In this document: piece by piece, positions 31,729-41,568 of the stretch | Position numbering within the stretch: the first letter of the stretch is position 1 | Layout of the letters: every line of letters starts with the position of its first letter | Notes under the pieces: generated by a model | Told to the model about the DNA's origin: nothing | What the model saw: only the letters and a program-made list of their open reading frames with translations | The model's database searches: none | Translations under genes and position numbers: made by a program | Assembly (NCBI GenBank): GCA_046483985.1 | Contig: JAWOCD010000075.1 | Span: forward strand, 45,429-109,428 | Reading direction: 5' to 3' | From: Promethearchaeia archaeon | Lineage (GTDB): Archaea > Asgardarchaeota > Lokiarchaeia > Sigyniarchaeales > SOKP01 | DNA: 64,000 nucleotides

Positions 31729-32925
31729 TTAAAGAAATCCCACGGGAAATCCAAACAGCGATGTAAAGAACGCAAGACCAATTGTGATCAAAATGGGATT
31801 GAGAATATTATCTGCAATTACAAATGGGAAATAATCTAAGATAAAAAAGATGAGCGCTGCAAAAAGTCCATAGAATGGACCGACCGTAAATAATCCAATT
31901 AAATAAGCACTACCTACCCCGGCAAGAAACCCCTCAACGGATTTAATCTCTCCTCCATTACATTTAATCTTATGGTCTCCATATTGACGTCCGATGAGGG
32001 CAGCAAGAGCATCAGAAAAACACGCCACCAATATACTGCATACGACAATCCAAATTTCAACAAATCCTGATACATAGAAGAGAAAAGATACTATTGCCCC
32101 CGTAATTAAATAAATCTGTGGTCCAGCAGCATTATATTCCTTTTTTCTTAAGACATTTTTAGTAAGGAAATTGAAGATAGAATATTCAGCGCCCCATAAT
32201 ACTCTGATAAGATCCGAGATAATAGTTAACACTAACACAGCAATTAAGGCAAACATGGTGAGGTCAATGACTGCTTGGAAATCATTTTTGATATAAGGAT
32301 AGTGGAGATTAATATCTCCCCAGAGCAAATTATAGGACCATTCTTGTTGGCTTATGAAATCTATCACCGAATTATTCACCAATGTTGTTACAGGCGGAAT
32401 AAAGAAAAATCCAAAAAAGGATAACAAAAATAGAAGACCTGCTAAGTGGAAGGACTTTCGTACACCCTCCATCTTAATGGAGATCTTCTTTTGATAAGTT
32501 TCATTATTGCGTATATATCGAACAAATCTCCGGAGGGCAGTATCTTTTGGATCCTCTTCAAGATGGGTTTTTTTTTCCATATCTTCAATAATCTTTCTAA
32601 TTATTAACGCGAACCCAATAAATATTCCTAAAATTATCCCAATCCACCAGATCATAAAACCATTATACGGATATGGAAGAAATCCGTAAATCGAATTATA
32701 GTATCCGAAGAAAATAAAGAGAATCCCCAAAAGAGTGGTAGAACTCCCTCCATAGTTATTCTCTGCTTTATAACCTCTATATGCAATGAAGAACATTAGA
32801 AATGCGAGGAAAAAGAAAAATCCAGTAAAAGTGGTATTGTAGATTCCTTCAACTATTGTCCAGTTGTGCATCATCCTTTTCATAGAAAAAATTAGATGTT
32901 TAAAAAATATTTTCAGATTTCTCAC
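31729..32925 (-). CDS. CTP-dependent polyprenol/diacylglycerol kinase family membrane protein
   Basis: RKSFH, SDALAALIG..YG, KSVEGFLAG, DNI; start uncertain (ATG near 32883 or 32871 possible). Confidence 0.8.
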   Translation of the reverse strand: MRNLKIFFKHLIFSMKRMMHNWTIVEGIYNTTFTGFFFFLAFLMFFIAYRGYKAENNYGGSSTTLLGILFIFFGYYNSIYGFLPYPYNGFMIWWIGIILGIFIGFALIIRKIIEDMEKKTHLEEDPKDTALRRFVRYIRNNETYQKKISIKMEGVRKSFHLAGLLFLLSFFGFFFIPPVTTLVNNSVIDFISQQEWSYNLLWGDINLHYPYIKNDFQAVIDLTMFALIAVLVLTIISDLIRVLWGAEYSIFNFLTKNVLRKKEYNAAGPQIYLITGAIVSFLFYVSGFVEIWIVVCSILVACFSDALAALIGRQYGDHKIKCNGGEIKSVEGFLAGVGSAYLIGLFTVGPFYGLFAALIFFILDYFPFVIADNILNPILITIGLAFFTSLFGFPVGFL

Positions 32926-32947
32926 TTTCGTAAAATAGGGTTTTTAT

Positions 32948-33007
32948 CAAAAAAGCAAAAGAAAATTCCATTCTTTAGGATGGAGCCTTTAGGTGTGAGT
33001 AATTCAA
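32948..33007 (+). mobile_element. 60-bp non-autonomous IS200/IS605-type mini element (left end fused to right end)
   Basis: 5' part matches 45760-45797, 3' part matches 60222-60249 and 61219-61250; preceded by TTTAT, ends TTCAA. Confidence 0.65.
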
Positions 33008-33053
33008 AATATTAAAGATAAAACATTATCACCCTTATTACAGAAAAATAATA

Positions 33054-33137
33054 ATCAAGTATGGGTCAAGGCGGTGATTTGACTCTATCCTTTCAAGCAC
33101 GCCAGAAACCTGGCTTTTTCAATTGAGAGGATTTGAT
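33054..33137 (+). ncRNA. Candidate structured RNA (multi-stem), unknown class
   Basis: Stems GGGTCAA/TTGACTC, ATCCTTTCAA/TTGAGAGGAT and GCCAG/CTGGC, with G-U pairs favouring the + strand. Confidence 0.35.
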
Positions 33138-33210
33138 AATTTGGTATTGGCCCTATTTTCCATAAATTTTTTTAAAATCAAATTAACTCACTTTTCGCTC
33201 TCAAAAGAAT

Positions 33211-34278
33211 GTGAAGGAAAAAGGTATGAGAAAAATTAACTTTCATAAGGCCCTTAATCATGAATTACCGGAAGAGACACCCTTATACTGTACTGGATAT
33301 CCGGAAAAAGAGTTCTTAGCCAATTATGTGCGTCAATATAAGTTGCAAATGAATCCCCGCTCTGATATTATATTAAATAATAAAAATTTTTCTCTTATTG
33401 CACGAATGGGATTTGATGCAATTTCGCTCTGGGATTATCGAAGAGGAAAGGGAGGTTATGAATTGGATAACGGTTTACGTGTTGATGGATGGGGAAGGGT
33501 CTATAAGGGAAAATGGTATCAAAATGACGGGGTATTTAAGCAAAAAGCTGCCCTTGATACCTGGGATGAGTTACATTTACCCAAAGAAAAGAAATTCGAA
33601 GAATTAAAAGAGTTCCTCCCCCAAATTCGAGAAATGTTGGTTCCTATTTTGTCTCTCCCCGGACTCTTTGAAAAGACTTGGCAATCGATGGGTTTATTCC
33701 ATTTTTCCAAGTACCTTCATAATGATATTAATTATGTCCATCAAGTAATCGCTTTTTATGCCAACTATATTAAAGATCTTTTGGATAAGCTTTTTGCTGC
33801 TGGGGCTCGATCCTTTTTAATTGCCGATGACTGTGGATATAAGCAAAGGACCTTTTTATCTAAAGAACGTTATGAAAAATTATTTGCAAAACCCTATAAG
33901 ACGATCATAAAAATTATTAAAGACCATAACGGTAAGGTAATCTTACACGCTGATGGCAATATTTCTGATTTTGTGGATTTATTTATAGAATGGGGATTTG
34001 ATGCCCTTCAAAGTTTAGAACCTAATGCTGGAGTCGATATTTTTTCTTTATTCGAACAATATACAAACAAAATTTGTTTTATCGGCAATCTCGACGTCTC
34101 AACTCTCCTTTCCTATGGTAAACCCCAGCAAGTAAAAGAATATGTAAAAAAGGTGATATATACCTCAAGAATATATCAATCTCCGCTCATCGTTTCACCT
34201 ACTCAGCAGATCCATACTCAAATTGACCCGGAAAATATTAAATCTATGATTGAAACCACTAAAAAAAGCAAAGATTAA
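33211..34278 (+). CDS. Uroporphyrinogen decarboxylase/MtaA-family protein
   Basis: DGWG, IADDCG, ILHADGN, FIGNLD, PENI motifs; start may be ATG 33226. Confidence 0.85.
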   Translation: MKEKGMRKINFHKALNHELPEETPLYCTGYPEKEFLANYVRQYKLQMNPRSDIILNNKNFSLIARMGFDAISLWDYRRGKGGYELDNGLRVDGWGRVYKGKWYQNDGVFKQKAALDTWDELHLPKEKKFEELKEFLPQIREMLVPILSLPGLFEKTWQSMGLFHFSKYLHNDINYVHQVIAFYANYIKDLLDKLFAAGARSFLIADDCGYKQRTFLSKERYEKLFAKPYKTIIKIIKDHNGKVILHADGNISDFVDLFIEWGFDALQSLEPNAGVDIFSLFEQYTNKICFIGNLDVSTLLSYGKPQQVKEYVKKVIYTSRIYQSPLIVSPTQQIHTQIDPENIKSMIETTKKSKD

Positions 34279-34353
34279 AAATTTTATTTAATTTCTTTAT
34301 TGAAAGTAATCTTATGTATCACTTTAGAAATTTGAATAATAGTACACAAATAT

Positions 34354-35955
34354 GTGCTGTATGCACCCATGAAAACATCTGATTTGAAGCGATTTTTAAA
34401 ACGAGTTTTTCTCCGAGATTTAAATATTTCTAAGAAGGGTTTTTTGTATTTTCTCTCTGGTTTTTTATTTTTATTTATTGCACTTGATTATATTTTAATG
34501 ACCCGTTTGTTCAATTCGACGATTGACTTTTTGGCCATCAACGGAATCTTTATGCTTGTGATGATTTTTATCACTATTGTGGCCTCGGGGTTTATTGTTG
34601 ATAGATATAAAAATCGAATGCAATTACTGGTTCTTACTTCTATAGGTGTTGTTGGGGCCTTTCTCATCTTTCATTTTCTCCCATTTGAGATTTCATTTTT
34701 AGCTGTTGGGCTTATCATTTTTTTTGGAGGAATTTTTCTCATAGATTTGCTTACTATTATTACCCACGAAACAACTATCTTGAATCGGGGGCGAATATAT
34801 GCATACCTTTTCTTTATTTCCTATATAGTAAGTCGGGTCATAGTTGTAATTAGCTTAATGCTCGATAATATTATGGTAATTATAGGAATCGAGGCATTTC
34901 TCAGTATTTTTATATTTTTTGTATCTACACAATATAGCTATATTGAAACGGAAAAACGACTCACTTCTGATCTTTCATTTGGGGAGATCATAATTGAACG
35001 GGAAGAACTGCCCATCCTCGGATATTTATTGGCATATATGGGACTTGGATTCATCATAGGAAACGCTTTTCAGTTTAATATAAAATTTGAATTAGATCCT
35101 TTAAGTTTTTTGATTATTGCATTATTTTTTTTCCTTATTGCTGGCGTGTTACTGGACAATCAAGGGAGAAAGTGGACTTTTACGGCAGGTATTCTGATTA
35201 TTTCATCCTTGGTTATATTTTCTGGAGTATTTGCAGAGTTGTATAATTCTATTTTCTTTGGCGTAACTATTTCAATTGTACTTATTATGCTTTTCGTTTT
35301 CACGAGTGATTTTGCAACCGAGCGAGATACCCTAAAATACCGTGGAAGAATCCCGTGCCTATTTTTATTTTTTCTATTTGGCGGATTTTTTATTGGTGTC
35401 TTAGTTAAGTTTATTTTAAACGAGGTTTATTTAATGAATCCAACCTTATTATCATGGTTTCCTGCGCTAATTAATGGGATTAATTCTTTTCTGCTCGTTT
35501 TGCTCCTGGTCTGGATTATGCCCCTCCCCGAGATTCTTTCAGCTAAAGAATCTGATTGGGCTCAATCCTTACGAAATTTATATGTCTTTAATAAAAATTC
35601 AATCTGTCTCTATACTAAAAACTTCCTCTCTAATGATTACGATTTGGAATTGCCAAGTGAAGACCTTGTAACTGGGGGATTAACTGGCATACTTGCATTA
35701 ATCTCGGAAATTACTAATGAAAAGAAGAATCTAAGGATAATTGATAAAGATAAGGTAAAGATTTATTTTGCATATGGAGAAAATGTGATAGTTTCATTAA
35801 TTTCTACAAAATACTTACCAATATTATTTAAAAAATTGGAAATCTTTACTAAAGCATTTGAAGATAAATTTGAGGAGGAGCTGCTTAACTTCACAGGGAA
35901 AATCAACGTATTTAAGGATGAAACAGATTCTCTTGTTTCGAAATATTTTAAGTGA
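34354..35955 (+). CDS. MFS-like 12-TM membrane protein with C-terminal longin-like domain
   Basis: GFIVDRY and LLDNQGRK MFS loop motifs, twice RGR; C-terminal LYVF...CLY...DLVTGGLTGI...EIT...FE.KF domain. Confidence 0.75.
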   Translation: MLYAPMKTSDLKRFLKRVFLRDLNISKKGFLYFLSGFLFLFIALDYILMTRLFNSTIDFLAINGIFMLVMIFITIVASGFIVDRYKNRMQLLVLTSIGVVGAFLIFHFLPFEISFLAVGLIIFFGGIFLIDLLTIITHETTILNRGRIYAYLFFISYIVSRVIVVISLMLDNIMVIIGIEAFLSIFIFFVSTQYSYIETEKRLTSDLSFGEIIIEREELPILGYLLAYMGLGFIIGNAFQFNIKFELDPLSFLIIALFFFLIAGVLLDNQGRKWTFTAGILIISSLVIFSGVFAELYNSIFFGVTISIVLIMLFVFTSDFATERDTLKYRGRIPCLFLFFLFGGFFIGVLVKFILNEVYLMNPTLLSWFPALINGINSFLLVLLLVWIMPLPEILSAKESDWAQSLRNLYVFNKNSICLYTKNFLSNDYDLELPSEDLVTGGLTGILALISEITNEKKNLRIIDKDKVKIYFAYGENVIVSLISTKYLPILFKKLEIFTKAFEDKFEEELLNFTGKINVFKDETDSLVSKYFK

Positions 35956-36135
35956 GTTTCAAATAGATCTTTATTTTTTGTCCGAAAAAAACAAGTGGTA
36001 GGTGGGATCCTATTCTCTCATTTTATTAGGCAAAAATATATTTAAATTTAAAAACTATAAATTCTATATAATTTTTATAACAACGTTAATTATAATATTT
36101 AAAAAAAATAAAAGATCTGGAGAAAAGCACGTTCT

Positions 36136-36507
36136 ATGGAAGCATCTACACCAGAAACTCTCGATGATATATTGAAGAAGCTATTAGCGAGTATACCAGA
36201 GGTTAAATCAGCTGCCGTTGTAAGTGTCGAAGGACTTCCGATTGCCTCCGTGTTACCGCAAGGAGTTGATGAGACGCGTATAGCAGCGATGACAGCAGCA
36301 ATTCTCTCCTTGGGAGAACGAGCCGCTATGGAGATGAATAAGGGAGACCTTCAGCAGATCTACGTAAAGGGAAGTAACGGATATTTACTGGTCTTAGAGG
36401 CTGGAAAGAATGCCGTACTCACTGTTTCTACAACAAGCGATGTGCGTTTAGGATTAATCTTTCTGGATTGCAAACGGACATGTCAAAAAATTGAGAAACT
36501 TATCTAA
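36136..36507 (+). CDS. Roadblock/LC7 (MglB-like) protein
   Basis: VSVEGLPIAS, RIAAMTAAILSLGER, G.NGY, LGLIFLD. Confidence 0.93.
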   Translation: MEASTPETLDDILKKLLASIPEVKSAAVVSVEGLPIASVLPQGVDETRIAAMTAAILSLGERAAMEMNKGDLQQIYVKGSNGYLLVLEAGKNAVLTVSTTSDVRLGLIFLDCKRTCQKIEKLI

Positions 36508-36669
36508 TTTTAGTTGTTTTTTTTCTGATGCAATGAAATCCTATTTAGAAGGATGAAAACCGTAAACTATTAATTTTAAGATTCATTATGTCTCTTATCT
36601 TAATTTATTAAATAAACAAATACTTGGAAAACTCGAAGGATATTATCTATATCAAGGAATTGGGTAATT

Positions 36670-37260
36670 ATGTTTAAACTTTATACCATTCAAGCCAAGA
36701 TTGAAATCCCGCCTTTTTTATTTTCTCAGCCGAAGCGGGTATCAGCGAGGATTATACTCAGTGAGGATTATGAGGGTATAATCACGAGGAATTACGGTTT
36801 TATCATTTCTATTGTCGATGTATTGGAAGTAGGGGAAGGGGTCATTATTCCGGGAAATGCAAGCACTTTCCATGAAGTGGAATTTACCATTCTTGCCTTT
36901 AAACCGTCCATTTCTGAAGTTGTCGAAGGAATCATCGTGGAAATCGTAGATTTTGGGGCATTTCTCAGATTAGGACCATTAGATGGGCTTATCCATGTGT
37001 CTCAAATCTGTGATGATTATATTACATATGAACAACCAGCGAATCGATTTATGGGAAAAGAAACAGGAAAAATTCTCGAAGTAAATGATACCGTTCGCGC
37101 ACGTATAATAGCGGTGTCTTTAGGAACTGGCAGGAGCGGAAAATTAGGTTTGACAATGCGTCAGAAGTTTTTGGGAAAAGATGCTTGGATTGAGGAGGAT
37201 ATCGAACAAGTGTACGAAGATAAAAAAGAATCCCCTGAAGGGGGAGAGAAAAAAGATTAA
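36670..37260 (+). CDS. rpoE1: DNA-directed RNA polymerase subunit Rpo7 (E')
   Basis: IPP, FGAFLRLGPLDGLIHVSQ, LGLTMRQ. Confidence 0.96.
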   Translation: MFKLYTIQAKIEIPPFLFSQPKRVSARIILSEDYEGIITRNYGFIISIVDVLEVGEGVIIPGNASTFHEVEFTILAFKPSISEVVEGIIVEIVDFGAFLRLGPLDGLIHVSQICDDYITYEQPANRFMGKETGKILEVNDTVRARIIAVSLGTGRSGKLGLTMRQKFLGKDAWIEEDIEQVYEDKKESPEGGEKKD

Positions 37261-37353
37261 TCAAATTTTTAATTAAGTGTGCCAATTTCCTAAAAAATAA
37301 AAGCCTCAGCACGATTATATACATAAGTAAATCTTAAGGAGTGAATAAATAAT

Positions 37354-37542
37354 ATGACAGAAAAAGCATGTAAGCAGTGTCATTTGATTACAAAAAATGA
37401 AACTCTGTGCCCTAAGTGCAAAACGCATACACTTAGTGAGGATTTTAATGGAGAGGTTATCATTCTGAAACCTGAAGAGTCCAAAATTGCAGAATATTTA
37501 AAGATTTTGGTTCCTGGAAAATATGCTCTGAGAGTACGATAG
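37354..37542 (+). CDS. spt4: Transcription elongation factor Spt4 (RpoE'')
   Basis: ACKQC...CPKC, S.IA, PGKYALRVR; follows rpoE1. Confidence 0.95.
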   Translation: MTEKACKQCHLITKNETLCPKCKTHTLSEDFNGEVIILKPEESKIAEYLKILVPGKYALRVR

Positions 37543-37662
37543 ATCTTTTTATTGTGAAAATCAGAAAGCAAGCTGCTCAGTAATTTGTCTCTATTTTTAT
37601 ATTATCATCTATTTCATAGGTCAGAATAAAGCTTTTTTAACCATACTAATTTTAATTAATTC

Positions 37663-38271
37663 ATGGATATTGAGATAGATCATGATTTAAAGTTACCCCT
37701 GGATAAACGCCATGTGTTCGCAAAGCCATTGGATATGCTCATTGCTGGAAATCGAGAAGAAACCATCTTGCAAGTGGAAAACCTCTTGAAAGATTACTTG
37801 AACAAGAAGGAAGAACAAGAAGAGGTCAACTATTATCTTGTTGGGGATATTGTAGCGGAGGACTTCTTATCTTCCCCCTCTTTGGCAGAACACGTAAATC
37901 TGTGTATAATCGATGAGAAAACCCAAAGAAAAAAGATTAAAATGGAATCAAAAACCAAGTTTGAACAGATTATTGAATTTGAAAACCCAGCAGGCCTTAT
38001 TGTACAGAAAAGTTGGGCTATCATCAAAAACGCGCTGGACACACACAAAAAAACGTTAATTAAAATCACAGAAGGAGAAGAGGATCTTCTTCTTATTCCG
38101 CTGGTACTTCTTCTCCCTTTGGGGCAGGAAAGAACCCATTTTGTATTTTACGGCCAACCGCCTATAACAGATGCCAATCTCACCATTCCCCAAGGCATTG
38201 TCGTGGTAAAGGTGGATGAAAAGATCCAACAGGAAGTTAAAAATATGCTCTCTTATTTGAAAATCGTCTAA
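37663..38271 (+). CDS. GTP-dependent dephospho-CoA kinase (DUF359)
   Basis: VGDIV, D.KTQR, NPAG, GEEDL, YGQP; conserved position after spt4. Confidence 0.88.
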   Translation: MDIEIDHDLKLPLDKRHVFAKPLDMLIAGNREETILQVENLLKDYLNKKEEQEEVNYYLVGDIVAEDFLSSPSLAEHVNLCIIDEKTQRKKIKMESKTKFEQIIEFENPAGLIVQKSWAIIKNALDTHKKTLIKITEGEEDLLLIPLVLLLPLGQERTHFVFYGQPPITDANLTIPQGIVVVKVDEKIQQEVKNMLSYLKIV

Positions 38272-38288
38272 ATCTCTCTTTTATTTGT

Positions 38289-38483
38289 TCATCTGGTTGT
38301 TTTTTTCCGCAAGATAAAACAAATTATGAATACCCCAACATTTATGATGATAGTGACTACATAGATAACTAAAAGGATGCCGGTCAGGATATTTTCCAGC
38401 CAAAAATAGAGGAAAGTGAGAACACATAGAGATATCAGATTGAGAATCAAAAAAGCAGTTCCACGAGATTGTTTAATATTCAT
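38289..38483 (-). CDS. Small two-helix membrane protein
   Basis: 64-aa ORF with two hydrophobic helices and a basic tail, filling an intergenic gap. Confidence 0.55.
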   Translation of the reverse strand: MNIKQSRGTAFLILNLISLCVLTFLYFWLENILTGILLVIYVVTIIINVGVFIICFILRKKTTR

Positions 38484-38588
38484 TAAAATAGATTAAAAAA
38501 GCAAAATTTTAATTTTTATCTATTATTTTATAAATTCAATACATAGAAATTAGATAATAATTTATAATTTGAGAAAGGAAGATTTACG

Positions 38589-38951
38589 TTGCCATTTGAA
38601 TTAGAAGTTTTAGAAGAGAAAGAAAATCCTCTTATTGACAGGACGGAATTTAAAGTAAAGGTGGATCATTTTGGGGAAGGAACTCCAAACCGTTTGGATG
38701 TACGGAAAAAGTTTGCCGCTACTCAAAACGCGAAGGAAAAATTAACTATTATTAAAAAGATCAAAAATTATTATGGAGTAGCTCATGCCATAGCAAGAAT
38801 TTATATTTATGAAAAAGCAGAAGATTTAAAATATTTTGAACCATTTCATATTCAAGTCCGAAACCTCCCCATTGAAAAAAGAGAGGAAATTTATAAACTG
38901 AAACGTAAAAATGAGCCTTATCAACATTTATTAAAAATTGAAAATGATTAG
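38589..38951 (+). CDS. rps24e: 30S ribosomal protein S24e
   Basis: NPLIDRTE, TPNR, YG...ARIY; TTG start after AGGA. Confidence 0.93.
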   Translation: MPFELEVLEEKENPLIDRTEFKVKVDHFGEGTPNRLDVRKKFAATQNAKEKLTIIKKIKNYYGVAHAIARIYIYEKAEDLKYFEPFHIQVRNLPIEKREEIYKLKRKNEPYQHLLKIEND

Positions 38952-38966
38952 GAGAGGTAAGCATAT

Positions 38967-39209
38967 ATGACAAAAACTTCAAAATATTTCAAAGTGGAAG
39001 AAAATAAGCTTATTCGGACCCACAGAACATGTCCAAAATGTGGAGAAGGATACTATTTGGCAGATCATTATGATCGGCAATCTTGCGGTAAATGCGGTTA
39101 TACCATTTTTAAACGAAGCTCAAAGAAAGGAAAACGGATTAAACGCCGTACATCTTCTCGCAGGTCACGTTCCCGAAGAAAATCTCGAACAAGAGAAAAA
39201 AATAAGTAA
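38967..39209 (+). CDS. rps27ae: 30S ribosomal protein S27ae with basic C-terminal extension
   Basis: CPKCG.G..LADH.DR.SCGKCGYT; GAGGT SD. Confidence 0.95.
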   Translation: MTKTSKYFKVEENKLIRTHRTCPKCGEGYYLADHYDRQSCGKCGYTIFKRSSKKGKRIKRRTSSRRSRSRRKSRTREKNK

Positions 39210-39283
39210 TTTTTTAGCTTTTATTCTATTTCTCTATTTGTATCCTTTTTTAAGCTAATTTAACGAGTATTTTTAAGGATTTT

Positions 39284-40312
39284 ATGACGCAAAATAACCA
39301 AAAAAAATGCCTTGGAATCGAATCCACTGCACATACTTTTGGTGTCGGAATCGTTGATTTTTCCGGAATCGTGTTAAGTCGCATAAATGAGGTATTTGTT
39401 CCCGAAGAAGGAGGGCTCCATCCCGTCCTGGTCAGGGAACATCATTTAAATAAATTCGATAAAGTAATTAAAAAAGCTTTAGATGAGGCTGGCATTTCGA
39501 TAAAAGAGATTGATCTTATTGCGTTTAGCCAAAGCCCTGGCTTAGGTCCCGTACTTAAGGTTGGAGCTTTAGTGGCGAGAATGCTCAGTGAATTTCTTGA
39601 TATTCCTCTTGTGGGTGTAAACCATTGTGTAGCCCACATAGAAATAGGAAGATTAAAATGCAATATTGAGGATCCGCTGACTTTGTATGTGAGTGGAGGA
39701 AATACAATTATAAGCGCTTTTGAGGCAAAACATTATCAGATTTTTGGTGAAACCTTAGATTTGGCAATTGGGAATATGATTGATTCGTTTGCACGAGAAG
39801 TGGGAATTTCCCATCCTGGCGGCCCAAAAATAGAAAAGTTGGCGAAAGATAACGAATCTGAGCGAAAATATATGCAATTGCCGTATGTTGTCAAGGGAAT
39901 GGATCTCTCCTTCTCGGGGCTTTTTACAGCAGCCCGAAGATTAATAGAATCACCTGATTATAATAAAAAATATAATCTAAATGATGTGGCCTTTTCCATT
40001 CAAGAAACTGCCTTTGCAATGTTAACTGAAGTGACGGAACGTGCCTTAGCACACACCGGTAAAAAGGAGGTTTTATTAACGGGCGGTGTCGCCGCCAATA
40101 GACGCCTTCAAAACATGATTAAGTATATCGCCGAAGAGCACGATACCCAGTTTGAAGTAGTTCCATTAAATTTAGCAGGTGACAATGGCGCAATGATTGC
40201 ATGGACAGGTATTTTGCGCTATAAAGGTGAAGGACCCCATAAAATAGAGGACACAATTATTAAAGCAAAGGAACGGATGGATAATATCGCTATTCCATGG
40301 AGGGATGGATGA
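39284..40312 (+). CDS. kae1: KEOPS tRNA t6A threonylcarbamoyltransferase Kae1
   Basis: GIESTAHT, HCVAHIE, VSGGNT, GGVAAN, DNGAMIA. Confidence 0.96.
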   Translation: MTQNNQKKCLGIESTAHTFGVGIVDFSGIVLSRINEVFVPEEGGLHPVLVREHHLNKFDKVIKKALDEAGISIKEIDLIAFSQSPGLGPVLKVGALVARMLSEFLDIPLVGVNHCVAHIEIGRLKCNIEDPLTLYVSGGNTIISAFEAKHYQIFGETLDLAIGNMIDSFAREVGISHPGGPKIEKLAKDNESERKYMQLPYVVKGMDLSFSGLFTAARRLIESPDYNKKYNLNDVAFSIQETAFAMLTEVTERALAHTGKKEVLLTGGVAANRRLQNMIKYIAEEHDTQFEVVPLNLAGDNGAMIAWTGILRYKGEGPHKIEDTIIKAKERMDNIAIPWRDG

Positions 40313-41013
40313 CTATGAAACCGATAAATGATGCTGAGATGAATAGCAGTATCAGAAGAATGGATTTAATTAGTATGGGGGCAGAAGCCTATTTGTATGA
40401 AGGCTCTTGGTTTGAACGGCATGTAATTTTTAAACATCGCATTTCGAAACAATACAGGTTAAAGGAACTCGATGATAAAATAAGAATTAAACGAACCTTG
40501 AATGAAGCCAGAGCTTTGATTAAGATAAAAAAGTATGGAGTAAACGTTCCGCAAGTTTTCGAAATCGATACGGTCAATATGACCATTGTAATGCAATTTA
40601 TCGAAGGAGAAAAACTGAGATCGGTCTTAGATACATTGTCACGCGAACAAAAGGACACTTATTTCAAAAAGCTCGGCAATTTTATTGCAATATTACATCA
40701 AAACGGCCATATCCACGGTGATATCACCACTAGTAATGTAATTATCACCCCACAAGAGGAGATCTTCTTGGTGGATTTCGGATTACATGAATATTCTGAT
40801 TCTATTGAAGATAAAAGCGTTGATTTACATCTTTTGAAACGAGTGCTGTTAAGTTCCCATGCAACACATTTTAAACAGTGTTTTCCACCATTTCTTAACG
40901 GTTATCGTGAAATGTATAAAAATTTTGATGAAAGGAAAGCAGAACATATTATTCGTAATATTTCTGCCATAGAATCTCGCGGAAGATATGTTAAAAAAGA
41001 AGAACGCCTCTAA
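40309..41013 (+). CDS. bud32: KEOPS kinase/ATPase Bud32
   Basis: GAEA, HGDITTSN, VDFGL, EDKSVDL, RGRY; ATGA overlap with kae1 stop (exact start uncertain). Confidence 0.93.
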   Translation: MTMKPINDAEMNSSIRRMDLISMGAEAYLYEGSWFERHVIFKHRISKQYRLKELDDKIRIKRTLNEARALIKIKKYGVNVPQVFEIDTVNMTIVMQFIEGEKLRSVLDTLSREQKDTYFKKLGNFIAILHQNGHIHGDITTSNVIITPQEEIFLVDFGLHEYSDSIEDKSVDLHLLKRVLLSSHATHFKQCFPPFLNGYREMYKNFDERKAEHIIRNISAIESRGRYVKKEERL

Positions 41014-41302
41014 ATTCTCTGTTTCCGCTTTAAATTCAATCTTTTCATATCCCATTCTTGTATAAAAATTTTTAAAAATCTTTTTATACGCAATAAAATA
41101 ATGTTCATTTGTTTATATAATGCATCAAAATAGGATTCAGCCTAATTAATTTAAGAAACAACTTTTATATATTAAATTATCTTAATATAATTAACGAGAA
41201 AAGTAAGTTTCGCTTCAAAAGGGCTTTTACGCTTTTATCATATTTAAGCATTTGTAAATATAATTAAATTTGTTTGGAATAACTCCAGTAGGTACCCTCA
41301 TT

Positions 41303-41494
41303 ATGGCTAAAAAGAAAAAAAAATCACCCATGCAAAACATCTCGATAAATCTTCCTGAAATTTATTTAAAGAATATTCAAAAACTAATTGATTTAGATTT
41401 GATACCCAACCGTTCTGAGGCTGTACGTACGGCTATCAGAGAATTCTTACACGAAGAGTATAAAAATCTGAACCTACTGGGTTTTTTTGATTAA
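41303..41494 (+). CDS. Ribbon-helix-helix (CopG-like) regulator
   Basis: ISINLP...NRSEAVRTAIREFL; ATG 41303. Confidence 0.88.
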   Translation: MAKKKKKSPMQNISINLPEIYLKNIQKLIDLDLIPNRSEAVRTAIREFLHEEYKNLNLLGFFD

Positions 41495-41568
41495 TGATTA
41501 ATAGAATTAGTTTAAAAAGAATAATAGAATTTTTTTCTAAAGAATACTTAAAAAAAGATTAATTGCTT

